From Scyliorhinus canicula (Eukaryota), in the NCBI RefSeq assembly GCF_902713615.1, contig NC_052158.1, forward strand, positions 42,619,159-42,683,158: a stretch of 64,000 nucleotides of DNA, in the 5' to 3' direction. Positions 13,201 through 27,278 of the stretch are shown here, in pieces. The notes below the pieces were generated by a model. It did no database searches. It was not told where the DNA came from and saw only the letters and a list, made by a program, of their open reading frames with translations. The position numbers and the translations under genes were made by a program. Positions within the stretch are counted from its first letter, which is position 1. Each line of letters starts with the position of its first letter.

Positions 13201-16200
13201 ACTGGACTAAATCAGACAGTACTGGATACCAGGCAGCGTGTTGGACTGGACTAAATCAGACAGTACTGGATACCAGGCAGCTTGTTGGACTGGACTAAAT
13301 CAGACAGTACTGGATACCAGGCAGCGTGTTGGACTGGACTAAATCAGACAGTACTGGATACCAGGCAGCGTGTTGGACTGGACTAAATCAGACAGTACTG
13401 GATACCAGGCAGCGTGTTGGACTGGACTAAATCAGACAGTACTGGATACCAGGCAGCGTGTTGGACTGGACTAAATCAGACAGTACTGGATACCAGGCAG
13501 CTTGTTGGACTGGACTAAATCAGACAGTACTGGATACCAGGCAGCGTGTTGGACTGGACTAAATCAGACAGTACTGGATACCAGGCAGCGTGTTGGACTG
13601 GACTAAATCAGACAGTACTGGATACCAGGCAGCTTGTTGGACTGGACTAAATCAGACAGTACTGGATACCAGGCAGCGTGTTGGACTGGACTAAATCAGA
13701 CAGTACTGGATACCAGGCAGCGTGTTGGACTGGACTAAATCAGACAGTACTGGATACCAGGCAGCTTGTTGGACTGGACTAAATCAGACAGTACTGGATA
13801 CCAGGCAGCGTGTTGGACTGGACTAAATCAGACAGTACTGGATACCAGGCAGCTTGTTGGACTGGACTAAATCAGACAGTACTGGATACCAGGCAGCGTG
13901 TTGGACTGGACTAAATCAGACAGTACTGGATACCAGGCAGCTTGTTGGACTGGACTAAATCAGACAGTACTGGATACCAGGCAGCGTGTTGGACTGGACT
14001 AAATCAGACAGTACTGGATACCAGGCAGCGTGTTGGACTGGACTAAATCAGACAGTACTGGATACCAGGCAGCGTGTTGGACTGGACTAAATCAGACAGT
14101 ACTGGATACCAGGCAGCGTGTTGGACTGGACTAAATCAGACAGTACTGGATACCAGGCAGCGTGTTGGACTGGACTAAATCAGACAGTACTGGATACCAG
14201 GCAGCGTGTTGGACTGGACTAAATCAGACAGTACTGGATACCAGGCAGCGTGTTGGACTGGACTAAATCAGACAGTACTGGATACCAGGCAGCGTGTTGG
14301 ACTGGACTAAATCAGACAGTACTGGATACCAGGCAGCGTGTTGGACTGGACTAAATCAGACAGTACTGGATACCAGGCAGCGTGTTGGACTGGACTAAAT
14401 CAGACAGTACTGGATACCAGGCAGCTTGTTGGACTGGACTAAATCAGACAGTACTGGATACCAGGCAGCGTGTTGGACTGGACTAAATCAGACAGTACTG
14501 GATACCAGGCAGCTTGTTGGACTGGACTAAATCAGACAGTACTGGATACCAGGCAGCGTGTTGGACTGGACTAAATCAGACAGTACTGGATACCAGGCAG
14601 CGTGTTGGACTGGACTAAATCAGACAGTACTGGATACCAGGCAGCGTGTTGGACTGGACTAAATCAGACAGTACTGGATACCAGGCAGCGTGTTGGACTG
14701 GACTAAATCAGACAGTACTGGATACCAGGCAGCGTGTTGGACTGGACTAAATCAGACAGTACTGGATACCAGGCAGCGTGTTGGACTGGACTAAATCAGA
14801 CAGTACTGGATACCAGGCAGCTTGTTGGACTGGACTAAATCAGACAGTACTGGATACCAGGCAGCGTGTTGGACTGGACTAAATCAGACAGTACTGGATA
14901 CCAGGCAGCGTGTTGGACTGGACTAAATCAGACAGTACTGGATACCAGGCAGCTTGTTGGACTGGACTAAATCAGACAGTACTGGATACCAGGCAGCGTG
15001 TTGGACTGGACTAAATCAGACAGTACTGGATACCAGGCAGCGTGTTGGACTGGACTAAATCAGACAGTACTGGATACCAGGCAGCGTGTTGGACTGGACT
15101 AAATCAGACAGTACTGGATACCAGGCAGCGTGTTGGACTGGACTAAATCAGACAGTACTGGATACCAGGCAGCGTGTTGGACTGGACTAAATCAGACAGT
15201 ACTGGATACCAGGCAGCTTGTTGGACTGGACTAAATCAGACAGTACTGGATACCAGGCAGCTTGTTGGACTGGACTAAATCAGACAGTACTGGATACCAG
15301 GCAGCTTGTTGGACTGGACTAAATCAGACAGTACTGGATACCAGGCAGCGTGTTGGACTGGACTAAATCAGACAGTACTGGATACCAGGCAGCGTGTTGG
15401 ACTGGACTAAATCAGACAGTACTGGATACCAGGCAGCGTGTTGGACTGGACTAAATCAGACAGTACTGGATACCAGGCAGCTTGTTGGACTGGACTAAAT
15501 CAGACAGTACTGGATACCAGGCAGCGTGTTGGACTGGACTAAATCAGACAGTACTGGATACCAGGCAGCGTGTTGGACTGGACTAAATCAGACAGTACTG
15601 GATACCAGGCAGCGTGTTGGACTGGACTAAATCAGACAGTACTGGATACCAGGCAGCGTGTTGGACTGGACTAAATCAGACAGTACTGGATACCAGGCAG
15701 CGTGTTGGACTGGACTAAATCAGACAGTACTGGATACCAGGCAGCGTGTTGGACTGGACTAAATCAGACAGTACTGGATACCAGGCAGCGTGTTGGACTG
15801 GACTAAATCAGACAGTACTGGATACCAGGCAGCGTGTTGGACTGGACTAAATCAGACAGTACTGGATACCAGGCAGCGTGTTGGACTGGACTAAATCAGA
15901 CAGTACTGGATACCAGGCAGCGTGTTGGACTGGACTAAATCAGACAGTACTGGATACCAGGCAGCTTGTTGGACTGGACTAAATCAGACAGTACTGGATA
16001 CCAGGCAGCGTGTTGGACTGGACTAAATCAGACAGTACTGGATACCAGGCAGCGTGTTGGACTGGACTAAATCAGACAGTACTGGATACCAGGCAGCGTG
16101 TTGGACTGGACTAAATCAGACAGTACTGGATACCAGGCAGCTTGTTGGACTGGACTAAATCAGACAGTACTGGATACCAGGCAGCGTGTTGGACTGGACT

Positions 16201-17893
16201 AAATCAGACAGTACTGGATACCAGGCAGCTTGTTGGACTGGACTAAATCAGACAGTACTGGATACCAGGCAGCGTGTTGGACTGGACTAAATCAGACAGT
16301 ACTGGATACCAGGCAGCGTGTTGGACTGGACTAAATCAGACAGTACTGGATACCAGGCAGCGTGTTGGACTGGACTAAATCAGACAGTACTGGATACCAG
16401 GCAGCGTGTTGGACTGGACTAAATCAGACAGTACTGGATACCAGGCAGCGTGTTGGACTGGACTAAATCAGACAGTACTGGATACCAGGCAGCGTGTTGG
16501 ACTGGACTAAATCAGACAGTACTGGATACCAGGCAGCTTGTTGGACTGGACTAAATCAGACAGTACTGGATACCAGGCAGCTTGTTGGACTGGACTAAAT
16601 CAGACAGTACTGGATACCAGGCAGCTTGTTGGACTGGACTAAATCAGACAGTACTGGATACCAGGCAGCGTGTTGGACTGGACTAAATCAGACAGTACTG
16701 GATACCAGGCAGCGTGTTGGACTGGACTAAATCAGACAGTACTGGATACCAGGCAGCGTGTTGGACTGGACTAAATCAGACAGTACTGGATACCAGGCAG
16801 CGTGTTGGACTGGACTAAATCAGACAGTACTGGATACCAGGCAGCGTGTTGGACTGGACTAAATCAGACAGTACTGGATACCAGGCAGCGTGTTGGACTG
16901 GACTAAATCAGACAGTACTGGATACCAGGCAGCGTGTTGGACTGGACTAAATCAGACAGTACTGGATACCAGGCAGCGTGTTGGACTGGACTAAATCAGA
17001 CAGTACTGGATACCAGGCAGCGTGTTGGACTGGACTAAATCAGACAGTACTGGATACCAGGCAGCTTGTTGGACTGGACTAAATCAGACAGTACTGGATA
17101 CCAGGCAGCGTGTTGGACTGGACTAAATCAGACAGTACTGGATACCAGGCAGCGTGTTGGACTGGACTAAATCAGACAGTACTGGATACCAGGCAGCGTG
17201 TTGGACTGGACTAAATCAGACAGTACTGGATACCAGGCAGCGTGTTGGACTGGACTAAATCAGACAGTACTGGATACCAGGCAGCGTGTTGGACTGGACT
17301 AAATCAGACAGTACTGGATACCAGGCAGCGTGTTGGACTGGACTAAATCAGACAGTACTGGATACCAGGCAGCGTGTTGGACTGGACTAAATCAGACAGT
17401 ACTGGATACCAGGCAGCGTGTTGGACTGGACTAAATCAGACAGTACTGGATACCAGGCAGCGTGTTGGACTGGACTAAATCAGACAGTACTGGATACCAG
17501 GCAGCGTGTTGGACTGGACTAAATCAGACAGTACTGGATACCAGGCAGCGTGTTGGACTGGACTAAATCAGACAGTACTGGATACCAGGCAGCGTGTTGG
17601 AATGGACTAAATCAGACAGTACTGGATAACAGGCAGCGTGTTCGACTCGACTAAATCAGACAGTACTGGATACCAGGCAGCGCGTTGGACTGGACTAAAT
17701 CAGACAGTATTGGATACCAGGCAGCGTGTTGGACTGGACTAAATCAGACAGTACTGGATACCAGGCAGCTTGTTGGAATGGGCTAAATCAGACAGTACTG
17801 GATACCAGGCAGCTTTTTGGGCTGGACTAAATCAGACAGTACTGGATACCAGGCAGCGTGTTGGACTGGTCTAAATCAGACAGTACTGGATCC
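1219..17893 (+). repeat. 44-bp satellite, variant A, array A1 (about 379 copies): GGCAGC(G/T)TGTTGGACTGGACTAAATCAGACAGTACTGGATACCA
   Basis: Period of 44 (ccaggcagcg at 1261 and 1305). Near-invariant except one G/T site. Rare variant at 3087; decay begins at about 17600. Confidence 0.98.
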
Positions 17894-17909
17894 CAGGCTG
17901 ACTATTTGG

Positions 17910-19102
17910 CTGGGCTAAAGGTAGACATGTCTCCTGGCCCTGATGGAATGCATCCCAGAGTGCTAAAAGAGATGGCTAGGGAAATTGCAGATGCACTAGT
18001 GATAATTTACCGAAATTCACTAGACTCTGGGGTGGTCCCGGTGGATTGGAAATTAGCAAACGTGACGCCACTGTTTAAAAAAGGAGGTAGGCAGAAAGCA
18101 GGAAATTATAGGCCAGTGAGTTTAACTTCGGTAATAGGGAAGATGCTGGAATCTATCATCAAGGAAGAAATTGCGAGGCATCTGGATAGAAATTGTCCCA
18201 TTGGGCAGACGTAGCATGGGTTCGTAAAAGGCAGGTCATGCCTAACTAATTTAGTGGAATTTTTTGAGGACATTACCAGTGCAGTAGATAACGGGGAGCC
18301 GATGGATGTGGTATATCTGGATTTCCAGAAAGCCTTTGACAAGGTGCCACACAAAAGGTTGCTGCATAAGATAAAGATGCATGGCATTAAGGGTAAAGTA
18401 GTAGCATGGATAGAGGATTGGTTAATTAATATAAAGCAAAGAGTTGGGATAAATGGGTGTTTCTCTGGTTGGCAGTCAGTGGCTAGTGGTGTCCCTCAGG
18501 GATCCGTGTTGGGCCCACAATTGTTCACAATTTACATTGATGATTTGGAGTTGGGGACCAAGGGCAATGTGTCCAAGTTTGCAGATGACTGGCGCTGGAG
18601 GGTGTGCAGAGGAGATTCACTAGGTTAATCCCAGAGCTGAAGGGGTTGGATTATTTGGAGAGGTTGAGTAGACTGGGACTGTACTCGTTGGAATTTAGAA
18701 GGATGAGGGGGGATCTTATAGAAACATTTAAAATTATGAAGGGAATAGATAGGATAGATGCGGGCAGGTTGTTTCCACTGGCGGATGACAGCAGAACTAG
18801 GGGGCATAGCCTCAAAATAAGGGGAAGTAGATTTAGAACTGAGTTTAGGAGGAACTTCTTCACCCAAAGGGTTGTGAATCTATGGAATTCCTTGCCCAGT
18901 GAAGCAGTTGAGGCTCCTTCATTACATGTTTTTAAGGTAAAGATAGATAGTTTTTTGAAGAATAAAGGGATTAAGGGTTATGGTGTTCGGGCCGGAAAGT
19001 GGAGCTGAGTCCACAAAAGATCAGCCATGATCTAATTGAATGGCGGAGCAGGCTCGAGGGGCCAGATGGCCTACTCCTGCTCCTAGTTCTTATGTTCTTA
19101 TG
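17910..19102 (+). mobile_element. CR1 LINE, 5'-truncated, with internal RT deletion
   Basis: Peptides [46 protein letters not shown] and FADD, then a jump to [11 protein letters not shown]-terminal RRNFFTQRVVNLWN. 3' tail ttcttatgttcttatg. Confidence 0.95.
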
Positions 19103-20030
19103 TAGTACTGGATACCAGGCAGCGTGTTGGACTGGACTAAATCAGATAGTTCTGCATCCCTGACTATGTGTTGGACTGGACTAAATCAGAGAGTACTGGA
19201 CACCAGGCAGCGTGTTGGACTGGACTAAATCAGATAGTTGTGCATCCCTGACTATGTGTTGGACTAGACAAAATGATGCAGTTCGGGACCCCAAGCTAGC
19301 TTTTAAACTGGACCAAATCAGACGGTTCTGGATCCTGGTCCGGCAGTTGGACTGGAATAAATCAGACTGTTTGGGATCCCACTCTGGTAATCGGACTGGA
19401 GTAAGTCAGATGGTTCTAGATCCCAGGCTGAGTGTTGACTGTGGTCAATCAGATTATTCTAATCCCAGGCTGGGAGTTGGTCTGGCCTAAATTAGACATT
19501 TCTGAATCCCAGGCTATGTGTTGGACTTGACTGAATCACCCTGTTCTGGATCCCTGTCTAAGTATTGGACTGGACTAAATCAGACAGTCCTGGATCCCAG
19601 GCTGATAGTTGGACTGGATTAAATCGGACGGTTCTGGATCCCAGGGTGGGAGTTGGTCTGGACTAAATTGGACACTTCTGGATCCCAGGCTGTGATGGAT
19701 TGGACTAAATCAGATGGCTCTGGATCCCAGGCTGACTTTTGGACTGAACTAAATGCGAGGTTCTGGATATTAATCTGGTTTGGACTGGACAAAATCACAC
19801 ACAGTTCTAGATCCCAGGCTGGCTGTTCGACCGGGGTGTATCAGTCTGGATCCCAGACTGTCTCTCAGACAGCACTAACTCAGATGGTTATGGATTCAAT
19901 TCTTGCTAATGGACAGAATGAAATCATACATTTTCAAATCCCAGTTTCGCTTTCGGACTGGACTAGTCAGACTGTTCTGCATCTCAGGCTGGATGTTGGA
20001 TAGGACTGAATCATATGGTTCTGGACATTA

Positions 20031-20706
20031 CTGTCACTGAAAGGGGCAACACAGATGGAGAAGGTTGTCAAGAAGGCATATGGCATGCTTGCCTTTATCG
20101 GGCGTGCACTGAGTATAAAAATTGGCAAGTCATGTTGCAGCTGTAGTTAGGCCACACTTGGAGTATCGTGTTCAATTCTGTTCACCACACTACTAGAAGG
20201 ATGTGGAGGCTTTAGAGAGGGTGCAGAAGCTATTTACCAGGATGTACCTGGTATGGAGGGCATTAGCTATGAGGAGAGGTTGAATAAACTTGGTTTGTTC
20301 TCACTGGAACGAAGGAGGTTGAGGGCCGACCTGATAGAGATCTACAAAATTATGAGGGGCATAGACAAAGTGGATAGTCACAGACTTTTTCCCAGGATAG
20401 AGGAATCAATTACTAGGGGGCATAGGTTTAAGATGTGAGAGGCAAGATTTAGAGGAGATGTACAAGGCAAGTCTTTTACACAGAGGGTAGTGGGTGCCTG
20501 GAACTCGCTGCCAGAGGAGGTGGTGGAAGCAAGGACGATAGTGAAGTTTAAGGGGCATCTTGACAAATACATAAATAGGATGGGAATAGACGGATACGGA
20601 CCCAGGAATGTAGAAGATTTTAGGTTAGACGGCAGCATGGTCAGCGCAGGCTTGGAGGGCCGAAGGGCCTGTTCCTGTGCTGTACTTTTCTTTGTTCTTT
20701 GTTCTA
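20031..20706 (+). mobile_element. CR1 LINE 3' fragment
   Basis: ERLNKLGLFSLERRRLRADLIEIYKIM and FTQRVVGAWNSLP. 3' hairpin ggagggccgaagggcc and tail ttctttgttctttgttct. Confidence 0.93.
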
Positions 20707-20884
20707 TTACACTGGGCGTTGAACTGGACTAAATCAGATAGTTCTGGATCCCAGGATGGGTGTTGGACTGGACAAAATTATGCAGTTCTGGATCCCAAAC
20801 CAGCTGTTAAACTGAACTAAATCAGATGGTTCTGCAGCCCAGTCCGGCAGTTGGACTGGAATAAATCAGACTGTTCTGGATACC

Positions 20885-23547
20885 AAAGAACAAAGAAAAT
20901 TACAGCACAGGAACAGGCCCTTCGGCCCTCCCAGCCTGCGCCAATCCAGATCCTTTATCTAAACCTGTCTCCTATTTTCCAAGGTCTACTTCTCTCTGTT
21001 CCCGCCCATTCATATACCTGTCCAGATGCTTCTTAAATGATGCTATCGTGCCCGCCTCTACCACCTCCGTTGGTAAAGCGTTCCAGGCACCCACCACCAT
21101 CTGCGTAAAAAACTTTCCACGCACATCTCCCTTAAACTTTCCCCCTCTCACCTTGAAATCATGATCCCTTGTAATTGACACCCCCACTCTTGGAAAAAGC
21201 TTGTTGCTATCCACCCTGTCCATACCTCTCATAATTTTGTAGACCTCAATCAGGGCCCCCCTCAACCTCCGTCTTTCCAATGAAAACAATCCTCATCTAC
21301 TCAACCTTTCTTCATAGCTAGCCCCCTCCATACCAGGCAACATCCTGGTGAACCTCCTCTGCACCCTCTCCAAAGCATCCACATCCTTCTGGTGATGTGG
21401 CGACCAGAACTGCATGCAGTATTCCAAATGTGGCCTAACCAAAGTCCTATACAACTGTAACATGACCTGCCGACCCCTGTACTCAATACCCCGTCTGATG
21501 AAGGCAAGCATGCTGTATGCCTTCTTGACCACTCTATCCACCTGCGTTGCCACCTTCAGGGTACAATGGACCTGAACTCCCAGATCTCTCTGCACATCAA
21601 TTTTTCACAGGACCCTTCCATTGACCATACAGTCTGCTCTTGAGTTAGATCTTCCAAAATGCATCACCTCGCATTTGCCTGGATTGAACTCCATCTGCCA
21701 TTTCTCTGCCCAACTCTCCAATCTATCTATATTTTGTTGTATTCTCTGCCAGTCCTCCTCGCTATCTACAACTCCACCAATCTTTGTATCATCTGCAAAC
21801 TTGCTAATCAAACCACCTATACCTTCCTCCAGGTCATTTATGTATATCACAAACAACAGTGGTCCGAGCACGGATCCCTGTGGAACACCACCAGTCACCT
21901 TCTCCATTTTGAGACACTCCCTTCCACCACTACTCTCTGTCTCCTGTTACCCAGCCAGTTCTTTATCCATCTAGCTAGTACACCCTGAACCCCATACAAC
22001 TTCACTTTTTCCATCAACCTGCCATGGGAAACCTTATCAAACGCCTTACTAAAGTCCATGTATATGACATCTACAGCCCTTCCCTCATCAATTAACTTTG
22101 TCACTTCCTCAAAGAATTATATTAGGTTTGTAAGACATGACGTTCCCTGCACGAAACCATGCTGCCTATCACTGATAACTCTATTTTCTTCCATATGTGA
22201 ATAGATCCTATCCCTCAGTATCTTCTCCAACAGTTTGCCTACCACTGACGTCAAGCTCACAGGTCTATAATTCCCTGGATTTTCCCTGCTGCCCTTCTTA
22301 AACAAAGGGAGAACATTAGCAATTCTCCAGTCCTCCGGGACCTCATCCATGCTCAAGGATGCTGCAAAGATATCTGTTAAGGCCCCAGCTATTTTGACCC
22401 TCGCTTCCCTCAGTAACCTGGGATAGTTCCCATCCGGTCCTGGGGACTTGTCCACCTTAATGTCTTTTAGAATATCCAAAATTTCCCGCTTCCGTATGAC
22501 AACTTGACCGAGAGTATTTAAACATCCATCCCTAGCTTCAACATCCGTCATGTCCCTCTCCTTTGTGAATACCGATGCAAAGTACTCATTAAGAATCTCA
22601 CTAATTCCTCTGAGTCCACGCATAAAATCCCTCTTTTGTCTTTGAGTGGGCCAATCCTTTCTCTAGTTACCCTCTTGCTCCTTACATACGAATAAAAGGC
22701 TTTGGGATTTTCCTTAACCCTGTTAGCCAAAGATATTTCATGACCCCTTTTAGCCCTCTTTATTGCGTGTTTGAGATTCGTCCTACTTTCCCGATATTCC
22801 TCCAAAGCTTCATCAGTTTTGAGTTGCCTCGATCTTATGAATGCTTCTTTTTTCATCTTAGCTAGTCTCACAATTTCACCCGTCATCCATGGTTCCCTAA
22901 TCTTGCCATTTCTATCTCTCATTTTCACAGGAACATGCCTGTCCTGCACTCTAATCAACCTTTCCTTAAAAGACTCCCACATGTCAAATGTGGATTTACC
23001 CTTAAACAGCTGCTCCCAATCCACATTCCCTAGCTCCTGCCAAATTTTGTTATACTCTGCCTTTCCCCAATTTAGCACCACACTTGTCCTTGTCCATGAG
23101 TATTCTAAAACTTACGGAATTGTGATCGCTATTCCCAAAGTAATCACCGACTGAAACATCAACCACCTGGCTGGGATCATTCCCCAATACCAGGTCCAGT
23201 ATGGCCCCCTCCCGAGTTGGACTATTTACATACTGCTCTAAAAAACTCTCCTGGATGCTCCTTACAAACTCTGCTCCATCTACACCTCCAACACTACACA
23301 AATCCCATTCAATGTTGGGGAAATTAAAAACTCCCATCACAACCACCCTATTGCTCCTATATTTTTCTATAATCTGTCTGCATATTTGTACCTCTACTTC
23401 ACACTCGCTTTTGGGAGGCCTGTAGTAAAGTCCCAACAATGTTACTGCACCTTTCCTATTTCTTAGCTCCACCCATATTGCCTCAGTGCTCGAATCCTCC
23501 ATTGTGCCCTCCTTAATCACAGCTGTGATATCATCTCTGACCCCTTC
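20885..23547 (-). mobile_element. CR1 LINE, about 2.65 kb (part of APE endonuclease plus RT), decayed
   Basis: Minus-strand ORFs give EAIWVELRN..LGLYYRPP..GDFNFPNI-like endonuclease, [28 protein letters not shown] and FADD. Frameshifts and stops are present. 3' tail read on + as aaagaacaaagaaa. Confidence 0.95.
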
Positions 23548-23689
23548 TACCTCCCTCTCTATCCCTCCTGAGATTCTGGGTATTGGACTGGATTCAGTCA
23601 GATGGTTCTGGATCTCCGGCTGGGACTTGGACTGGACTAAATCAGATGGTTCTGGATTCCAGTCTGGGTGTTGGACTGTAGTAAATCAA

Positions 23690-24315
23690 GGGCAGGATTC
23701 CCTGATCCTGAGGCTAGGAGTTGATGCCGCTGTAAAGGCCGTCGCATTTCCCGACGGCATCAACATGGCCTCAGGATCACCAATTCTGGCCCCCACAGGG
23801 GGCAAGCACAGCACTGGAGTGACCCACACTGCTCCAGCTGCCGATCCCGGCGTCAACTGGGCACTGCGAGGTCCGCGTATGCGCAGTGGCTCCCTTCTGC
23901 GCGCCGGCCCTGACGCAACATGGTGTGGGGCTCCAGGGGCCGGCGCGGAAGAAAGGAGGCCTCCAGCCCGAGCGGCTGGGCCGCTAATTGGTGGGCATTG
24001 GTGGAGGCACCCCCTGTGGTCGGACCTCCCTCCATCCCCCACAGAGTGCCACCGGACCCTTTAACGCCGAGGTCCCTCCAGGTACCAGCGGGACTCGCGT
24101 TTTTAGTTACAGCCACTCGGCCCATCCCGGGGCAAGAATTGCCGGGGTGGCCCCATAGAGTGGCCCCCGACCAGCGCCACGACGACCATGCCGGAGCCAA
24201 TGATGCGAATTCTCCGCTACACGGTGAATCGCGTCGGGGCGGTGTGGCGCAATTCACACCAGTCGGGAGAATTCTCGGCCACGGGGCCTGGCCGCGGGCT
24301 GAGAGAATCCCGCCC
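23690..24315. mobile_element. GC-rich MITE (Harbinger-like TIRs)
   Basis: Termini gggcaggattccc and gagaatcccgccc. Flanks caa and cac (probable decayed 3-bp TSD). Inserted inside a satellite monomer. Confidence 0.7.
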
Positions 24316-24640
24316 CACATTGTTCTAATCCTGGGCTCGGAGTTGGCCTGGCCTAAATTAGACATTTCTGGACACTAGGCTGTTGTGTTGGACTGGATCC
24401 GACTGTTCTGGATTCCAGTCTTGAGTGTTGGACTGGACTACGTCAGATGGCTCTAGATCCCAGGCTGGGACTTGGACTGGACTAAATCAGATGGTTCTGG
24501 ATCTCAGGCTCAGTGTTGAACTGGATTAAATAGACGGTTCTGGATCTCTGGCTGGGGTGGGCTGGAGTAAATCAGATAATTCTGATCCCAGGCTGGGAGT
24601 TGGTCTTGACTAAATTAAACATTTCTGGATCCCAGGCTGT

Positions 24641-25116
24641 GGCCGCGATTCTCCGCTGCCCACGACGGGTTGGAGAATAGTGGGAGGGTGTCCCCGACAT
24701 TTTTCGCGCCATCTCGCTATTCTCCCCCCCACCACGGCCGCCCCACAGCACGAATCGCTGCTCGCCGTTTTTTACGGCGAACATGCCCGTTCTGGGCATC
24801 CCAATGGGGGCATGGGCCCGCGATCGGTGCCCGCGAGGCGGCCGAGGGAGATGATGGCCCCACGCATGCGCTGGTTGGAGCCGTCCAACCCGCGCATGCG
24901 CGGCAGACGTCATTGTGCGCGTCAGCCGGCGTGACGCCTGGCGCGCGGACTTAGCGACGGTCGCTAAGGCCGCGATGCCAAGGTTCACGGGCCCCGCTGC
25001 TAGCCCCGCACGGGGAGGAGAATCGGGTCCCAGGAGGGGGCACGGAGGCTGCCGTGAAACACGGCCAGTTTCACGGCAGCCTTTACGATTCGCCGCATTT
25101 GCAGAGAATCGCGCCC
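24641..25116. mobile_element. GC-rich MITE derived from the same family as the 26829-30412 Harbinger
   Basis: Termini ggccgcgattctcc and gagaatcgcgccc. Subterminal sequence matches the Harbinger ends (cggcca.tttcacg.c.gcctt..cgatt...gcagagaatcgcgccc). No TSD recovered. Confidence 0.75.
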
Positions 25117-25126
25117 AAATGCAAAG

Positions 25127-25804
25127 GGCCGAAATTCTCCGAATCCCTGGGGCCGCCGAAAATCCCGTCCCCACCATGGCAAAGATTCTCCGCCACCCGG
25201 GAAGTGGCGGGGGCAGGAATCTCGCCACTCCGATCGGCGAGGCCCCCGCGGCGATTCTCCGGCCCGGATGGGCCGAAGTCCCGCCGCTGGGAGGCCTCTC
25301 CCGCCGCAGAGGTTTGAACCACCTCTGTAACGGCGGGATCAGCGGCGCGAGCGGGCCCCCGGGGTCCTGGGGGGGGGCGGGGGGCGATCGAACCCCGGGG
25401 GGTGCCCCCACGGTGGCCTGGCCCGCGATCGGGGCCCCCCGCTCAGACTCCGGGCCAGTGCCCTGGGGGCACTCTTTCTCCTTCCGCAGCCTCCGCGGCC
25501 TCCGCCATGGCGGAAGCGGAAGAGAAACCCACATCGCGCATGCGCCGGTGGTGACGTCAGCGGCAGCTGGCCGCTGATGTCACCACCGGCGCATGCGCCG
25601 ACCGGCGAAAGCCTTTCGGCCAACCCCGCTGCCGGGGCGCCGGTTTTTTGCGCCAGTCTTCTGGTGCCAACCGCTCCGGCGCGGGGCTGGCCCCCAAAGG
25701 TGGGGAGAATTCCCCACCTTTGGGGAGGCCCGACCCCTGAGTGGTTGGCGTCACTCCCCTACGCCGGGACCCTCCGTCACGCCGGGTAGGGGAGAATGCC
25801 GCCC
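25127..25804. mobile_element. GC-rich MITE with AAG target-site duplication
   Basis: Termini ggccgaaattctcc and ggagaatgccgccc. AAG on both sides (25124-25126, 25805-25807). Internal palindromes such as gcgcatgcgc and tgacgtca. Confidence 0.75.
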
Positions 25805-27278
25805 AAGGTTCTGGACATTAGGCTGGTTTGAACGCAACTAAATCAGACAGATCCCAGGCTGGGAGTTGGACTGGAATAAATCAGACAGTTCTGGATGGCA
25901 GTCTGGGAGTGAGACTAAATCAGCAGTCCAGGAGTGTTGAATTTGGCTAAATTAGATAGTACTGGATCTCTGGCTGGGTGTTGGACTGGATATTATGTTA
26001 GGTCGTGGACTGGACTAAATAAGATGGTTATGGATCCCAGTCTGGCTTTTCCACTGGGCTGAATCAGATGGTTATTAAACTGGATAAAATCAGACGGTTT
26101 GAGGTCCTGGTCCGTCTGTTGGACTGGACGTAATCAGACGGTTCTGGTCTCAGACTGGGAGTTGGACTGGACTAAATCAGACAGTTCTGGGTGGCAGGCT
26201 GGGAGTGAGACTAAATCAGCAGTTCTGGAGTGTTGAATTTGGCTAAATTAGACGGTGCGGGATCTCAGGCTGGGTGTTGGACTGGAGTAAATCAGATCGT
26301 TCTGATCCCAGGATGGGAGTTGAACTGGTCTAAATAAGATAGTTGCAGACCCCAGGCTACGTATTGGACTGGAAAAAATCTGATGGTTCTGGATCCCAGA
26401 CTGGGTATTAGACTGAACTAAATCAGACAGTTCGGGATCTCTGACTGGGTGTTGGACTGAACTAAATCAGATAGTTCTGCATCCGAGGCTGGGAATTGGA
26501 CTGGACTAAATCAGCTAGTTCTGGACAGTATGCTTTGTGTTTTGCTGGACTAAATCAGACAGTTCTGGAACTCAGGCTGAGGGTTGTTCTGGACTAAATC
26601 AGATGGTCTGTACTTCAGGCTGGTTGTTGGACTGGTTATGGATCCCAGGCTGGGAGAAGAACTGGACAATGTCAGACAGTTCTGCATCCTTGGCAGGGAT
26701 TTGGACTGGAATAAACCAGACAGTTCTGGATCCAGGCTGGCTGTTGGACTGGACTAAATCAGACAGTTCAGGATTCCAGGTCAGGTGTTGGACTGGACTA
26801 AATCAGATGGTTCTGCGTCGGAGACTGGGGACATGATTCTCCGACGCCACGCCGGTGCGGAGAATAGCGAGCCGCGCCGGGTTTTCCCAGAACGCCGGTC
26901 CAACGCGCTCCCGCTATTCTCCCAAACGCGAAAATGTTTCAGATTGGCTTTCCTGCAAAAAATCCCAGCAAATCCCCCGATACGCCCAAAACCGCACCCC
27001 CCCCCCCCCCCCCACTATTCTCCGGCCCAAATGGGCCGAAGTCCTGACGTCGTCACGCAAGGTAACTACGCCGGAGATTACACCTGCTTTTTATAGTCGT
27101 GCTGGCTGACGAGAGGAGCGTGTTGGTGAGAGGACTGCCGGAATCTGGGCAAACTGGGGAAGGCATCCCCGAGATCGCAGGGACCAGCGGGAGGGGTCGG
27201 GAGAGGGGGGTGGAGGGGGGGAAGGGGGGGTGAAGGGAGGGAGAAGGGGGAGGAGAGAGAGGAGGGTGAGAAAGAGAG

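Larger units (their letters stand above)
19103..26828 (+). repeat. Degenerate 44-bp satellite monomers (consensus CAGGCTGGGTGTTGGACTGGACTAAATCAGACAGTTCTGGATCC), interleaved with TE insertions
   Basis: Recurring ttggactggactaaatcaga..ttctggatcc at 19103-20030, 20707-20884, 23565-23689, 24316-24640 and 25805-26828. Confidence 0.9.

Noticed and set aside
1219-17893. CRISPR-like array
   Set aside because: There are no unique spacers and no cas genes, the context is eukaryotic, and the units are head-to-tail identical monomers.
23486-25841. Many overlapping Pro/Gly/Arg-rich ORFs
   Set aside because: They are shadows of GC-rich palindromic MITEs and have no recognisable domains.
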